Virus record (IMG/VR): IMGVR_UViG_3300046500_000236
Location: 1-64,000 of that record
Source of the DNA: a virus
Length of the DNA stretch: 64,000 nt
Strand: one strand, 5' to 3'
Below are positions 24,610 to 33,219 of the stretch, piece by piece. The notes under the pieces were generated by a model that saw only the letters and a list, made by a program, of their open reading frames with translations, had not been told where the DNA came from and did not search any database. Made by a program: the position numbers and the translations under genes. Positions within the stretch are counted from its first letter, which is position 1. Every line of letters begins with the position of its first letter.

Positions 24610-25098
24610 CTACTCAATAACGAGCGTATGAGAGCGATCGGCGCGGCTTTGAGCAACCACCGCTGTGATCACCGCCTCAAACAGGTTGCCGCGATGGATG
24701 TTCAGCACGCGCATAGCCTCGCCACGATCGGCGTAGTACTGGGCAGCCTGTTCAGGCGTAGGGTCTTGAAGTTCTTCAAACGCATCATTCACCCGGCAAA
24801 GCTCATTAGTGGCGCGTTGGATTCCAGTAATTGATGGCGCCAGCGGCTCTACAGGTATGACGCTCTCAGCTGCCCGCGGCGTCTCCAAGTGCATCAATAC
24901 CTTGCCCGCAGCGGATTCGAGCAGATGCGCGACGTTGGGGTCAGGGACCAGCGCGCGGCACTCAGTCGGGCCCAGGCGGCGCAGGCCTTCGATCAGGGCC
25001 TCATGTTCGCCACGGTCGAGGTGCGTCATACCTGCATGGGCGATATCAGATGCACCAGCCAGGCGCACGGCGAGGGAAACGTGGGGCTTGCCGCTCAT
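24610..25098 (-). CDS. hypothetical protein
   Basis: 162-aa ORF. Confidence 0.6.
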   Translation of the reverse strand: MSGKPHVSLAVRLAGASDIAHAGMTHLDRGEHEALIEGLRRLGPTECRALVPDPNVAHLLESAAGKVLMHLETPRAAESVIPVEPLAPSITGIQRATNELCRVNDAFEELQDPTPEQAAQYYADRGEAMRVLNIHRGNLFEAVITAVVAQSRADRSHTLVIE

Positions 25099-25109
25099 GG
25101 GGTAGATTC

Positions 25110-25328
25110 CTAATCGCGCTTGATGGTCGTGGTGAAGGATATGTAGTTCACCGGGAAGGTGAGCGTAATTGGCGGCGCCTCACGCTCGGGCTTGTTCAGC
25201 GCTTCCATGGCCACACTGGTGATCACGCCGTCGATGTGCTGTGCCATAGCGGCTACCAGTCGGTCGTGGTCGAACTCGACATGGCCAATTGAGCCCACGT
25301 TAGGCTTGTTGCGTGGCGTATCGGACAT
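25110..25328 (-). CDS. hypothetical protein
   Basis: 72-aa ORF. Confidence 0.5.
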   Translation of the reverse strand: MSDTPRNKPNVGSIGHVEFDHDRLVAAMAQHIDGVITSVAMEALNKPEREAPPITLTFPVNYISFTTTIKRD

Positions 25329-25336
25329 TTCAATTC

Positions 25337-25624
25337 CTACTGTTTTGTGCCGTAGTATCCGTTGCTCAAGAGGCGGAGTACCGACGATTCTTCCGGCTGA
25401 TATGTGGGCACTTCCATTGCGGCCTTAACGGCCTTATCCAGACGCCCGTATGTCTCATTGCTGATTAGGCCATTCTCCAGCAGCGCCCGCATGTAGCCGT
25501 TCGCCTCGGAACGGCAGTTCGCCCACTGGCTTGAATCGGGGTGAAAGTGCCGCATGAGCCGCGTCATATTGGCTAGCTCTTGGGTAACCCGCTCTTGCAC
25601 TTCATTGCTGTCGGCTTCAAGCAT
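25337..25624 (-). CDS. hypothetical protein
   Basis: Start 'MLEADSNEVQERV' at 25624. The longer ORF-track form overlaps the upstream gene. Confidence 0.55.
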   Translation of the reverse strand: MLEADSNEVQERVTQELANMTRLMRHFHPDSSQWANCRSEANGYMRALLENGLISNETYGRLDKAVKAAMEVPTYQPEESSVLRLLSNGYYGTKQ

Positions 25625-25961
25625 TGGCTTGCTCTTTTGATTCGTGTTCAACGGCAGCGAGACCAGCCAGCTGGCCAGCCTTCCACTGCTCTGCCTCGGG
25701 CGTGGTGCTGTCATGCGGACAGGGGGCATGGCTGCCGCTATAGGCGTCATAGAAACCGTTCTCGTACGGGCCAGGGGCGTTCTCGCAGGCATAGCAAATC
25801 CCCATGTCAGTGATCCCCATGGAGCCGCAGCACGGGCAGCGCATTTCTCGTTGCTGCGCCTGCACGTATTTGTCATAGCAGGGTTCGCACAGATAGGTTT
25901 CAGCGGTTTCAACCACGCGCCCCTCGTACCCGCAGGCGCTGCACTGATGGATCATGGTCAT
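25617..25961 (-). CDS. zinc-ribbon protein
   Basis: 114 aa with 'CSACG...CEPC...CPCCG...CYAC'. Confidence 0.6.
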   Translation of the reverse strand: MTMIHQCSACGYEGRVVETAETYLCEPCYDKYVQAQQREMRCPCCGSMGITDMGICYACENAPGPYENGFYDAYSGSHAPCPHDSTTPEAEQWKAGQLAGLAAVEHESKEQANA

Positions 25962-25973
25962 CGGTTGGGTTCC

Positions 25974-26213
25974 TTATTCGCCGATCGGCGTACGGTCAAA
26001 CATCGCTTCGGCCGCGGAGGCGTAACGCGCATCGGCCAGTTCGTTCAGTTCACGCTGTTCGCCGGCATCGATCACGCCCAGGCGCTCCAGTACCTCGGCA
26101 TGCTTGCGCAGGGCGCCGTGCTGGTATTCAGGGATATTCCCGGCCGCCTGATCATCCTCGGCATAGGCGTGCCACAGCGCCAGCTCCCGGGCTTTGATGT
26201 CGTTGTTATCCAT
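25974..26213 (-). CDS. hypothetical protein
   Basis: 79-aa ORF. Confidence 0.55.
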   Translation of the reverse strand: MDNNDIKARELALWHAYAEDDQAAGNIPEYQHGALRKHAEVLERLGVIDAGEQRELNELADARYASAAEAMFDRTPIGE

Positions 26214-26250
26214 AAGCGGTCACCCATGTGAGGTTTGTTTACACAGCCGA

Positions 26251-26300
26251 GCTATCAAGCGCTATCTCTAGATATCGAAAAGATATCTCCGGATATCCAG
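26251..26300. repeat. iteron array (5 units GCTATC/GATATC, 10-11 bp phase)
   Basis: GCTATCAAGC GCTATCTCTA GATATCGAAAA GATATCTCCG GATATCCAGA, immediately downstream of higA. Confidence 0.7.
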
Positions 26301-26307
26301 AGCCCCC

Positions 26308-26982
26308 TTAACCTTTGAGAGGGGTAGGCTTTGCTGGTCTTTTTCTAGACGAGGCGGCCTGCTTATTGTCGTCATGCACCGTAAGGATGAATGGAGCAGG
26401 CACGGGCCGCAGTGCAGGCGAACCGATGAACTCCAAGTTTTCGATGTTCACATGTCGGCTGAATCTGACGCCGCTGCCGCCGCCCCCGATGATCGTCACA
26501 TTAATTAAGTCGGAGGACGTGGGCTCAGTTTGAACAAAAGCCTTGGGGTCCATGTGGAACCGTTCGGCAAGGGCAAAGGCCATCTTGTGGCTGATAGTGA
26601 CTTTGCCATTCAGCACTTTAGACACCGCTGTTTTGTCGCCGATTTCTGGCAGATCCGAACCGGTAAGGCCCAACGTATCCATCAGATCCTTGAGCAGCTG
26701 GACAGGCGTGGCTCGCGCCTTTGCCTCAGTATTGAACGCCTCAAACTGGGAGGACCCTTGTTCGTAAGCCAGAATCGCATCCTCCAACTCGACGAGAATG
26801 CGCTCCTCATACTTGTTCAGCTCGTGACCATCGGTTAGCTCGTCCAGCAGTACTGTCGCACGGGCGTAACCTTCTGCGTCCTTGATGCCGTCCACGAACT
26901 GGCCGCGTAGCTGCTCAAGCAGTACCTGCAGGTTTTCCAGCGCAGCAAGCACGCCTTGAGGGGTTTCGAGAGCCGTGTTCAT
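26308..26982 (-). CDS. higA: HigA-family antitoxin with about 70-aa C-terminal extension
   Basis: 'LGLTGSDLPEIGDKTAVSKVLNGKVTISHKMAFALAERFHMDPKAF' closely resembles E. coli HigA (YgjM). ATG at 26982 overlaps the higB stop (ATGA). Confidence 0.85.
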   Translation of the reverse strand: MNTALETPQGVLAALENLQVLLEQLRGQFVDGIKDAEGYARATVLLDELTDGHELNKYEERILVELEDAILAYEQGSSQFEAFNTEAKARATPVQLLKDLMDTLGLTGSDLPEIGDKTAVSKVLNGKVTISHKMAFALAERFHMDPKAFVQTEPTSSDLINVTIIGGGGSGVRFSRHVNIENLEFIGSPALRPVPAPFILTVHDDNKQAASSRKRPAKPTPLKG

Positions 26983-27311
26983 GGTTTTATGCCTCTTTTG
27001 TTGCTTGCGTACCACTCTGTCGCGGTGTCGTAGTCCGCATGGGTGTAGATGTGTTTCACGTAGACCTTTTGCCGAACGTAGTTGATGCCCGCGATCAGCC
27101 GCAGGTTGTTGCCGCCGATATCGATTGCTACCCACCCTTCAGCGGCGCGGTGCTTGAACAGGTCGATCGTATGGCCAAAGATCGACTGCAGATCGGTGTA
27201 GCTCGTGGGGGTTGCTGCTGTTAGCAGTCTGTGACATCGATCGAGCCCGCTCTTGTCATTTGGGTACAGCCGCGCAGCGTCGTCAAATCGCTGCTTAATC
27301 AATACGTCCAT
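26979..27311 (-). CDS. higB: HigB-family toxin (YgjN type)
   Basis: 110 aa. 'MDVLIKQRFDDAARLYP...IDIGGNNLRLIAGINYVRQKVYVKHIYTHADYD' parallels E. coli HigB. Confidence 0.85.
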   Translation of the reverse strand: MDVLIKQRFDDAARLYPNDKSGLDRCHRLLTAATPTSYTDLQSIFGHTIDLFKHRAAEGWVAIDIGGNNLRLIAGINYVRQKVYVKHIYTHADYDTATEWYASNKRGIKP

Positions 27312-27381
27312 GAGCGTTCCTAACGTTTAGATCGATAGTACGCCAGTTGTGTTTTTTTACAACTTCGACTGATCGTCGGTA

Positions 27382-27439
27382 GGATATCTTTGGCTATCCG
27401 AAGATACCTAAAGTTACTTTTAGGTATCTTGAGATAGCC
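27382..27439. repeat. iteron array (about 6 units GGATATC/GGCTATC/GGTATC, both orientations)
   Basis: GGATATCTTT GGCTATCCGAA GATACCTAAA GTTACTTTTA GGTATCTTGA GATAGCC, in the higB promoter region. Confidence 0.7.
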
Positions 27440-27455
27440 TTTTGGTGATGCAGCG

Positions 27456-27986
27456 TTACTGAACCCGCGCCAGCTCGAACTCCTCGATGTGTTTGACCAG
27501 CTCAGGGACGGCCGCAGCGATCAGCATCAGCGCCCCCACCTTGCGAGGGTGGCCACCGCATACGATACCCGTCACGTCCTGAACCTCGCGCGCGAGCTCC
27601 TTGATGTGGTGCAGCGGCTCCTGGCCATACGTGCGCACTGGGCCCAGCGGGTCGAACGTCTCCTGCAGGCGCTCAAGCTTGGCTTGCATCGAATGGATGC
27701 ACGTTTCCAGCACATGCCCAAGTCCTGCATCAGGGAAAACCGGAAACTCCTGATCGGAGAAGACATCGCTCAGTCCGATCACGGCTGTCTGCAACGCTTC
27801 CAGTTCCACCACCTGGGGGATGAGCTTCTTGCGCAGGTCGATGGCAAGCTGACGCATGCTCAAGGACGGATCGGCTGGCACTTTTGCCCGAGGCGTGGTC
27901 AGCAGCGCGTCGATTGCCATTTCGATCAGTTTCACCAGGTCGCTTTCGCTCTTAACTGGTTCGCTCGGTGGGGTTTGTTCAGCCAT
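27456..27986 (-). CDS. hypothetical protein
   Basis: Start 'MAEQTPPSEPVK' at 27986. The C-terminal 'KVGALMLIAAAVPELVKHIEEFE' is paralogous to the next ORF. Confidence 0.6.
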   Translation of the reverse strand: MAEQTPPSEPVKSESDLVKLIEMAIDALLTTPRAKVPADPSLSMRQLAIDLRKKLIPQVVELEALQTAVIGLSDVFSDQEFPVFPDAGLGHVLETCIHSMQAKLERLQETFDPLGPVRTYGQEPLHHIKELAREVQDVTGIVCGGHPRKVGALMLIAAAVPELVKHIEEFELARVQ

Positions 27987-28812
27987 GTTCACGCTCCAGT
28001 TGTTCAATGCGGGCCACCAGGTCAGGAACGGCGGTGGCGCAGGCAAGCAAGGCACCGACTTTGTCAGCCGGACCGCTAAGGTTGATGCCATTGACGTATT
28101 CGATCGCCTTAGACAGCTCTTTCAGCTCCTCCAAGGTGCGTTCGTTGTAGAGGTGTGGGTCTTCGCTCTCCGGATCGGAGCCGGCAGCGCCATAGCGCAG
28201 CACCTCCCCGTATCCTTCATCATTGGTGATGGGCTCTTGCGCCACTACCAGGACCTGGCCATCAAACTCAAGGGCAGCGATGCCGCCCTCAAGAAGCCAT
28301 TCCAGGTATATCTGCCCTTCGTCGCCGACACGCGATACCGCAACAGCCTCGACGGTGATAGGGCGCTGGATCTGAGGCACCAGCGAATCAGCGGGCTGCT
28401 CAGCATCCATTCGATAGGATTCACTCAACTCCTTGCGCAAAGAGCCGATCAGGTGCTTCTGCATTTCGATTGAGGTTTGCAATCGGCCTGCATTGGCGTC
28501 CGCGATGGCAGCTCTTGCGTGCCACGCCTCCATGCCTGCCGTGTGCCCATCCAGTCGGCCGATCGCCTCGCCATCCTTGCGAAACGCCCAGTCGTTGAAC
28601 GCTTGTTGTTCTTTGTGGTTCAGCGCCCGGGCGGCTTTGTTTGGCTGCACAGGCTCGTTACAGGCTTCGGCAGCTGTTCGCTGGTGTTCGTCAAAGCGCC
28701 GCTGCGCCTCATCGTCACCCTGCAAGCATCCGCAGATGTACGGGTGGGCGTTGTGGTCGATATGGCATAGGCGATCAGGATACGGCTTGCTGCCAAGTAG
28801 TCCTTTTGTCAT
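27979..28812 (-). CDS. hypothetical protein
   Basis: 277 aa with C-terminal 'KVGALLACATAVPDLVARIEQLE'. Confidence 0.65.
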   Translation of the reverse strand: MTKGLLGSKPYPDRLCHIDHNAHPYICGCLQGDDEAQRRFDEHQRTAAEACNEPVQPNKAARALNHKEQQAFNDWAFRKDGEAIGRLDGHTAGMEAWHARAAIADANAGRLQTSIEMQKHLIGSLRKELSESYRMDAEQPADSLVPQIQRPITVEAVAVSRVGDEGQIYLEWLLEGGIAALEFDGQVLVVAQEPITNDEGYGEVLRYGAAGSDPESEDPHLYNERTLEELKELSKAIEYVNGINLSGPADKVGALLACATAVPDLVARIEQLEREHG

Positions 28813-29261
28813 TTGGCAATGTCTCCAGTGTCCGGGACGGGCTCATCCTCAATCATGGCGGCGGCCTCACGCCGAAGTCTCAGCAGGTGATCGTCATCTA
28901 AGAAACCACCGATGGTGACCTCGTGGAACTCACGTAGGAGACGGGTTTGCCTTGTCAGCTTGGCTTGCATGGCCAGAATGGATGGGTGCGGCTCAAGCGT
29001 GTCGGCATCAGGATCAAGGAGCGTGCTGTTACGATCGAGAAGCGCGAGCATGCCGAACGTCACGCGACCGATAGAACCTGGCTCGTTGATTTCCAGCAGA
29101 TGGCGCATCACTGCCTGGCACTGCTCCGGATCATCGATATCGAAGTACTCATCATCGTCGCCGATGTCTTGGGGCATGTAGCCCTTCTCGATTTCTTCAA
29201 TCAGACGTGCTGTCTGCTGAGCCAATTCCAGGTCGGTTTCACTGGCGCGGGCCATCTTCAT
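28809..29261 (-). CDS. hypothetical acidic protein
   Basis: 150-aa ORF, coupled. Confidence 0.6.
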   Translation of the reverse strand: MKMARASETDLELAQQTARLIEEIEKGYMPQDIGDDDEYFDIDDPEQCQAVMRHLLEINEPGSIGRVTFGMLALLDRNSTLLDPDADTLEPHPSILAMQAKLTRQTRLLREFHEVTIGGFLDDDHLLRLRREAAAMIEDEPVPDTGDIAK

Positions 29262-30010
29262 GATGTCTTCACCCCTGCCAGTGCGGTGTCGATGATGTCG
29301 ATCAGGTCGGCATTACCCACCGCCTCATCGTGCTGCGCCTCGACTTTAGCCGCTCGCAGCCCCTGTTCCAGCTGGGCAACTCGGCGATTTAAGGTCGTGA
29401 TGGCGTCGGTGACGTTGCCGTGCCCAAGGCCCTTGGCCAACGCCCACACCTCGTCATACATCTCAGCTTTATGGTCGCGCTTGGACAGCTGCAGCGAGAG
29501 CTCAGAGCACCAGAGTTTGGCCACTTCGGTGGCAAAGTCTGCGTACAGACCATCGCCTAGGCTGCTCATCTTCCATCCGCTCGCGACACTCTGTACCGCT
29601 TCCGCAAGGGTCATGGGCATGGATGGACTATTCGAGGTGAGGCGTTTCTCAACCTCATTGACCAGTGATTCGATACTGCAATAAGGGGTCCAATCCTGGC
29701 CGAGGAGGCGCGACAGCTTCTTTTCAACCTCGACTTTCAACCGATCCATCGTCCACTCCGACGAGTACCGCATAATCAGCGCGGGTACTGGGTCCAAGCC
29801 TTCAAAGGCGTAAACGCAAACGCCTACTCCCAGGGTCCGACGGTGATATACAACGCGCCGCATTGAGGTATTCGGGTCCATCTGATCAGTTGAAAACCCA
29901 CCAATGGGTGGGTCAGTGACGTGCTCAACCACGGCTGACGTTCCCGCCAGCACGCTTTTGGTTTGGCCATCGAATGGGCCGCCGACAAACAGCACCGTTT
30001 CGTATTTCAT
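29258..30010 (-). CDS. hypothetical protein
   Basis: 250-aa ORF, coupled. Confidence 0.65.
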   Translation of the reverse strand: MKYETVLFVGGPFDGQTKSVLAGTSAVVEHVTDPPIGGFSTDQMDPNTSMRRVVYHRRTLGVGVCVYAFEGLDPVPALIMRYSSEWTMDRLKVEVEKKLSRLLGQDWTPYCSIESLVNEVEKRLTSNSPSMPMTLAEAVQSVASGWKMSSLGDGLYADFATEVAKLWCSELSLQLSKRDHKAEMYDEVWALAKGLGHGNVTDAITTLNRRVAQLEQGLRAAKVEAQHDEAVGNADLIDIIDTALAGVKTS

Positions 30011-30318
30011 GCCAGCACCTGCTCAGGACGAAACACGCAGCTGTTGTCGTCGTACTCAGCAATGACCACGCCGTCATCGTTGAAATACTTTGTGCGCCAG
30101 GTCGGGTGGACGTTTCGGGGTTTCTTCCCGTGCGTCTTCTGGTCATCAAAGGTGACGGCAAGGTTGCCGTTCATCGTGCCCGTAATGGTGCCCCGCTTTC
30201 CGTCCATTTCGACCTTCATGCCGAGGCGAGGGAAATCAAGGCCGCGCACGCGCTTCATTTCTTCGATGAAGGCTTGTTGCTGGGCTGGGGATGCTGTGTT
30301 GGGGGTGGTCATGATCAA
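30007..30318 (-). CDS. hypothetical protein
   Basis: 103-aa ORF, coupled. Confidence 0.6.
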   Translation of the reverse strand: MIMTTPNTASPAQQQAFIEEMKRVRGLDFPRLGMKVEMDGKRGTITGTMNGNLAVTFDDQKTHGKKPRNVHPTWRTKYFNDDGVVIAEYDDNSCVFRPEQVLA

Positions 30319-31187
30319 TAGTCCGGGCAGGTTTCGTCGAATTTGGCCCCAGCTGGGGATGGTTTGCCGTGGCGGCGCAGGTACTCAATTGCAGGGAGGA
30401 CGGGATATACCCATGCAAGCCCAGTTTCAAGATGGTGGTCTTTTGCCCACTGTTCAGTTGAGGCATTCAGCTCGCACCAGCCTTTACGCGGCATGTAGCC
30501 GCAAAAGAACAATTCGTCATCCAGCGCGTTGATCCGAAAATGGGTGGCCGTCGGGTGGCGATCGGCGATTTCGGTCAAGCGCGTCAGGTGCTCGGTGTAC
30601 AAGTTGCCTGGCAGCGAATGCCCGCCAAAGGCAATAGGCGGCAACATGTTGCGCACCTTGGTCATTCTCTCTAGGAACTTGTAGGTCTTGATCGGTCCCT
30701 CATCGTCCGGGGTCATCGGCGCCAGGCTGACCGCGCGGCGTGATCGCTCACGCGGTGCGGCGCTGGGCGCAGGCGCAACACGAGGACGTGCGACAAGTTT
30801 GGGATTGAGCGGCGCCGGATCTGGGTCAGGGGCTGGGGTTTCAGGAACAGGATCGGGCTCAGGTGTCGGCGCCGAAACGGTTTGAGGTGAGGCGCTGGCC
30901 ACCGGGGCAGCACTGGCGACTAACTGGGGGCGAGTACGCGGGCGCAACAGCTCGGGCCGCTCCTCCAGTTCCATAAAATCGGGCTCGTCGCCGTAGCGAA
31001 TGCTGCCGACTATGCGGCCCCGGTCGCTTTGATCCTCTACCCACGCCAGCAGTGCCAGCCCCCGGGCCACCAGCAGGTTCAGCTGGTTGTGACCACAGCG
31101 CGCCATCAGCTCATCAAGCCGGTGCTTACTGTCGTCACCCATGGAAAAGTTGAAGTCATGCCGTTTCGGCTTCTCGGCGGCGTTCAT
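30315..31187 (-). CDS. hypothetical protein, RHH-like N-terminus, Pro/Ala-rich linker
   Basis: 290 aa. 'FNFSMGDDSKHRLDELMARCGHNQLNLLVARGLALL' looks CopG-like. First gene after the GC-rich palindrome. Confidence 0.6.
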   Translation of the reverse strand: MNAAEKPKRHDFNFSMGDDSKHRLDELMARCGHNQLNLLVARGLALLAWVEDQSDRGRIVGSIRYGDEPDFMELEERPELLRPRTRPQLVASAAPVASASPQTVSAPTPEPDPVPETPAPDPDPAPLNPKLVARPRVAPAPSAAPRERSRRAVSLAPMTPDDEGPIKTYKFLERMTKVRNMLPPIAFGGHSLPGNLYTEHLTRLTEIADRHPTATHFRINALDDELFFCGYMPRKGWCELNASTEQWAKDHHLETGLAWVYPVLPAIEYLRRHGKPSPAGAKFDETCPDY

Positions 31188-31282
31188 CGCGCCCCCTTAC
31201 CAGCACAGGCGGCCGGCGAATCGATTGGGTGTGTGTACATGGTGTTTCCTGTATCTGGCTGATTGCCCGGCCATAATTACAT

Positions 31283-31326
31283 GAACGCGCCAACGCGCCA
31301 ACGTGTTTTGGCGCGTTCGCGCGTTC
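31283..31326. repeat. GC-rich imperfect palindrome (class B element)
   Basis: GAACGCGCCAACGCGCC-aacgtgtttt-GGCGCGTTCGCGCGTTC: 17-bp arms with 1 mismatch. Flanking AT-rich arms extend the dyad to about 31265-31358. Confidence 0.7.
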
Positions 31327-31389
31327 GCGCCTTTGTTAATGATTATTATGGCTCGGGCATAACGGCCGGCAAGCCAGGCTTTGCGCGGC

Positions 31390-31809
31390 CTACGTCGTAC
31401 TCCCTACGTCAAAACCCACAGCCTGGGGATCGACTTCAAAGAAACCCAGCTGCCCCTTGTATGGAACGAACGGCAGGGACTGAGGGTTGCGGAGCACAAA
31501 GCCTTTCTGGCCCATGTACCAAGGCGAATCACTCGTATCGACACTGTCGACCAGCTCCACAGACCCAACGATGCCGCCGCACCACTGCTGACGCATTTCC
31601 TGCGACGTGGGGAAGTCACGCAGCAGCTGGATGTCGGCGGCACGCATGGCAAACTCAAGGCCGTCGCAGTACTCGTCGCCAGTCATGCCCTTGGCGGCGT
31701 GCACCAGGAAGCGCCCGCGATATTTCGTGTGCCAGCTGCGATTCTCGATGTCTTTGCCACCGTGGACGATCAACCAGGCCCACGGCTGGCGAATGCTCAG
31801 CGTTTTCAT
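31390..31809 (-). CDS. ASCH domain protein
   Basis: 'MKTLSIRQPWAWLIVHGGKDIENRSW' is the canonical ASCH N-terminus. Confidence 0.7.
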   Translation of the reverse strand: MKTLSIRQPWAWLIVHGGKDIENRSWHTKYRGRFLVHAAKGMTGDEYCDGLEFAMRAADIQLLRDFPTSQEMRQQWCGGIVGSVELVDSVDTSDSPWYMGQKGFVLRNPQSLPFVPYKGQLGFFEVDPQAVGFDVGSTT

Positions 31810-32228
31810 GCTGCAGATCCTCGGATCGATCCATTACGGCGCTCGCGCAGTGGCGTGGCCGGCTTTGTGAAAGCCTGCTCAGGAGGAACCCCGAGACTCA
31901 AACGACGACGAATAGTCCCGGCCGATACCGGCGAATGCACCGCCAGTTCGTCGACCGTGCCCACTCGCCCGTCAACCTCATAGGTGGCGACAGCCGCCAT
32001 CTTCCTGTTCCGGATCAGCGCAGCCCGGCGCGCCGGTGAGCACTGGCCACGAGCCTCCCGGTACGCCTGATAATTAGCTGCCGACTTACCTGGTGCAGGC
32101 CACTTAACGTCGGGCATGTGCTCGAGGATCAGATTGAACTTCGGGCGGCTAATCCCGAGCGCCTGGTGGGTTTGAGTGCGCGACCAGTTACGGGCCGCGC
32201 AATCCCGGATGAATTCCTCTGTCGTCAT
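31806..32228 (-). CDS. hypothetical HTH protein
   Basis: 140 aa with 'WSRTQTHQALGISRPKFNLILEHM'. Confidence 0.55.
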   Translation of the reverse strand: MTTEEFIRDCAARNWSRTQTHQALGISRPKFNLILEHMPDVKWPAPGKSAANYQAYREARGQCSPARRAALIRNRKMAAVATYEVDGRVGTVDELAVHSPVSAGTIRRRLSLGVPPEQAFTKPATPLRERRNGSIRGSAA

Positions 32229-32542
32229 TGGAGCACCTTGGACCCGGGCATGGCGGTTTTCAGCTTTTCGAGCACGCGATCCAGCGTTTCCTCGGCATGC
32301 GTCGAGGTCGTGATGACCGTATCGCCGTGCAAAGCTTTCTCCAGCGAATCCAGCAGCAGCTCCTGACGCTCGGCGCGCGCCAGCTTTTCGTCGATCGCCT
32401 CGAGGATCCAGCTGTTCATCGAGCGACGTTCTTGCTTGGCCAGCTCCTCAACCTTGGAACGCTGGCCTTCTTCGTCGAAGCGGACCATGAATTTGTCAGC
32501 GGTGCGGGACTCGGAAACGGCTGCTTTGGTGGCGTTGCTCAT
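32225..32542 (-). CDS. Arc/RHH-type DNA-binding protein
   Basis: 'DKFMVRFDEEGQRSKVEELAKQERRSMNSWILEAIDEKL' matches the Arc-like pattern. Confidence 0.55.
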   Translation of the reverse strand: MSNATKAAVSESRTADKFMVRFDEEGQRSKVEELAKQERRSMNSWILEAIDEKLARAERQELLLDSLEKALHGDTVITTSTHAEETLDRVLEKLKTAMPGSKVLQ

Positions 32543-33219
32543 TGGGAACCATCCTGTTCAAACACTGAGAATTCGAGAACCCAAACCCACGGGTTGGATC
32601 TCCACATGTAAGGGGTGCCTTGCGACTCCCACAGCCAGCAATAAGCCTCGCGCGGCTCCTTGGTCTGCTTGTCGCGGTGGTCTTCTGAATCGAGAATCCA
32701 GTACTTGCCGGTGCGCTTGTCGTAGCAAATGCCTTCGGCTACAGCCTGGTCTTGGCTGATCTTCTGCAGCTGCTCAGCGCGCACCGAGGTGATCACCAGC
32801 GTCAGGCGGGAGTACTCCAACGGCATGGCGTCGGCGTCCTCCCAGCGTGGAGCAGTACCATTGGCCTTGCGTGCCTGGTAACTCGCCGGCTCGGCCTTGG
32901 CGTATTCGGCAATCCAATCGTGATCAGCCAGAAGGGAGGTCAAACCACCTTCGCGATTCCATGGCTCCTGAATGGCCACGATCGTTCCGGGCGGGTAGGG
33001 ACATTTCCACTGGGGCACGTCGCGGCCTGTACTGTGGTACTCACTCACGAGACCATCGACGAACCACAGGTGCGGGCGCCGGCAGTAGTCGCCGTTCACC
33101 ATGCCTACGCGGTCGTTGATCGGCTGAGGGGCAACCGCCACCCGGTGGGTCGACTTGCGACCCTCCTGGATGGCGTTGACCATGCTGGGGCTTAGCGCCA
33201 GCGCATGGGTGGCGATCAT
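32539..33219 (-). CDS. ASCH/PUA-like protein
   Basis: Start 'MIATHALALSPSMVNAIQEGRKSTHR' at 33219 (TAATG overlap). Ends 'NPWVWVLEFSV', as many phage ASCH proteins do. Confidence 0.5.
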   Translation of the reverse strand: MIATHALALSPSMVNAIQEGRKSTHRVAVAPQPINDRVGMVNGDYCRRPHLWFVDGLVSEYHSTGRDVPQWKCPYPPGTIVAIQEPWNREGGLTSLLADHDWIAEYAKAEPASYQARKANGTAPRWEDADAMPLEYSRLTLVITSVRAEQLQKISQDQAVAEGICYDKRTGKYWILDSEDHRDKQTKEPREAYCWLWESQGTPYMWRSNPWVWVLEFSVFEQDGSQ

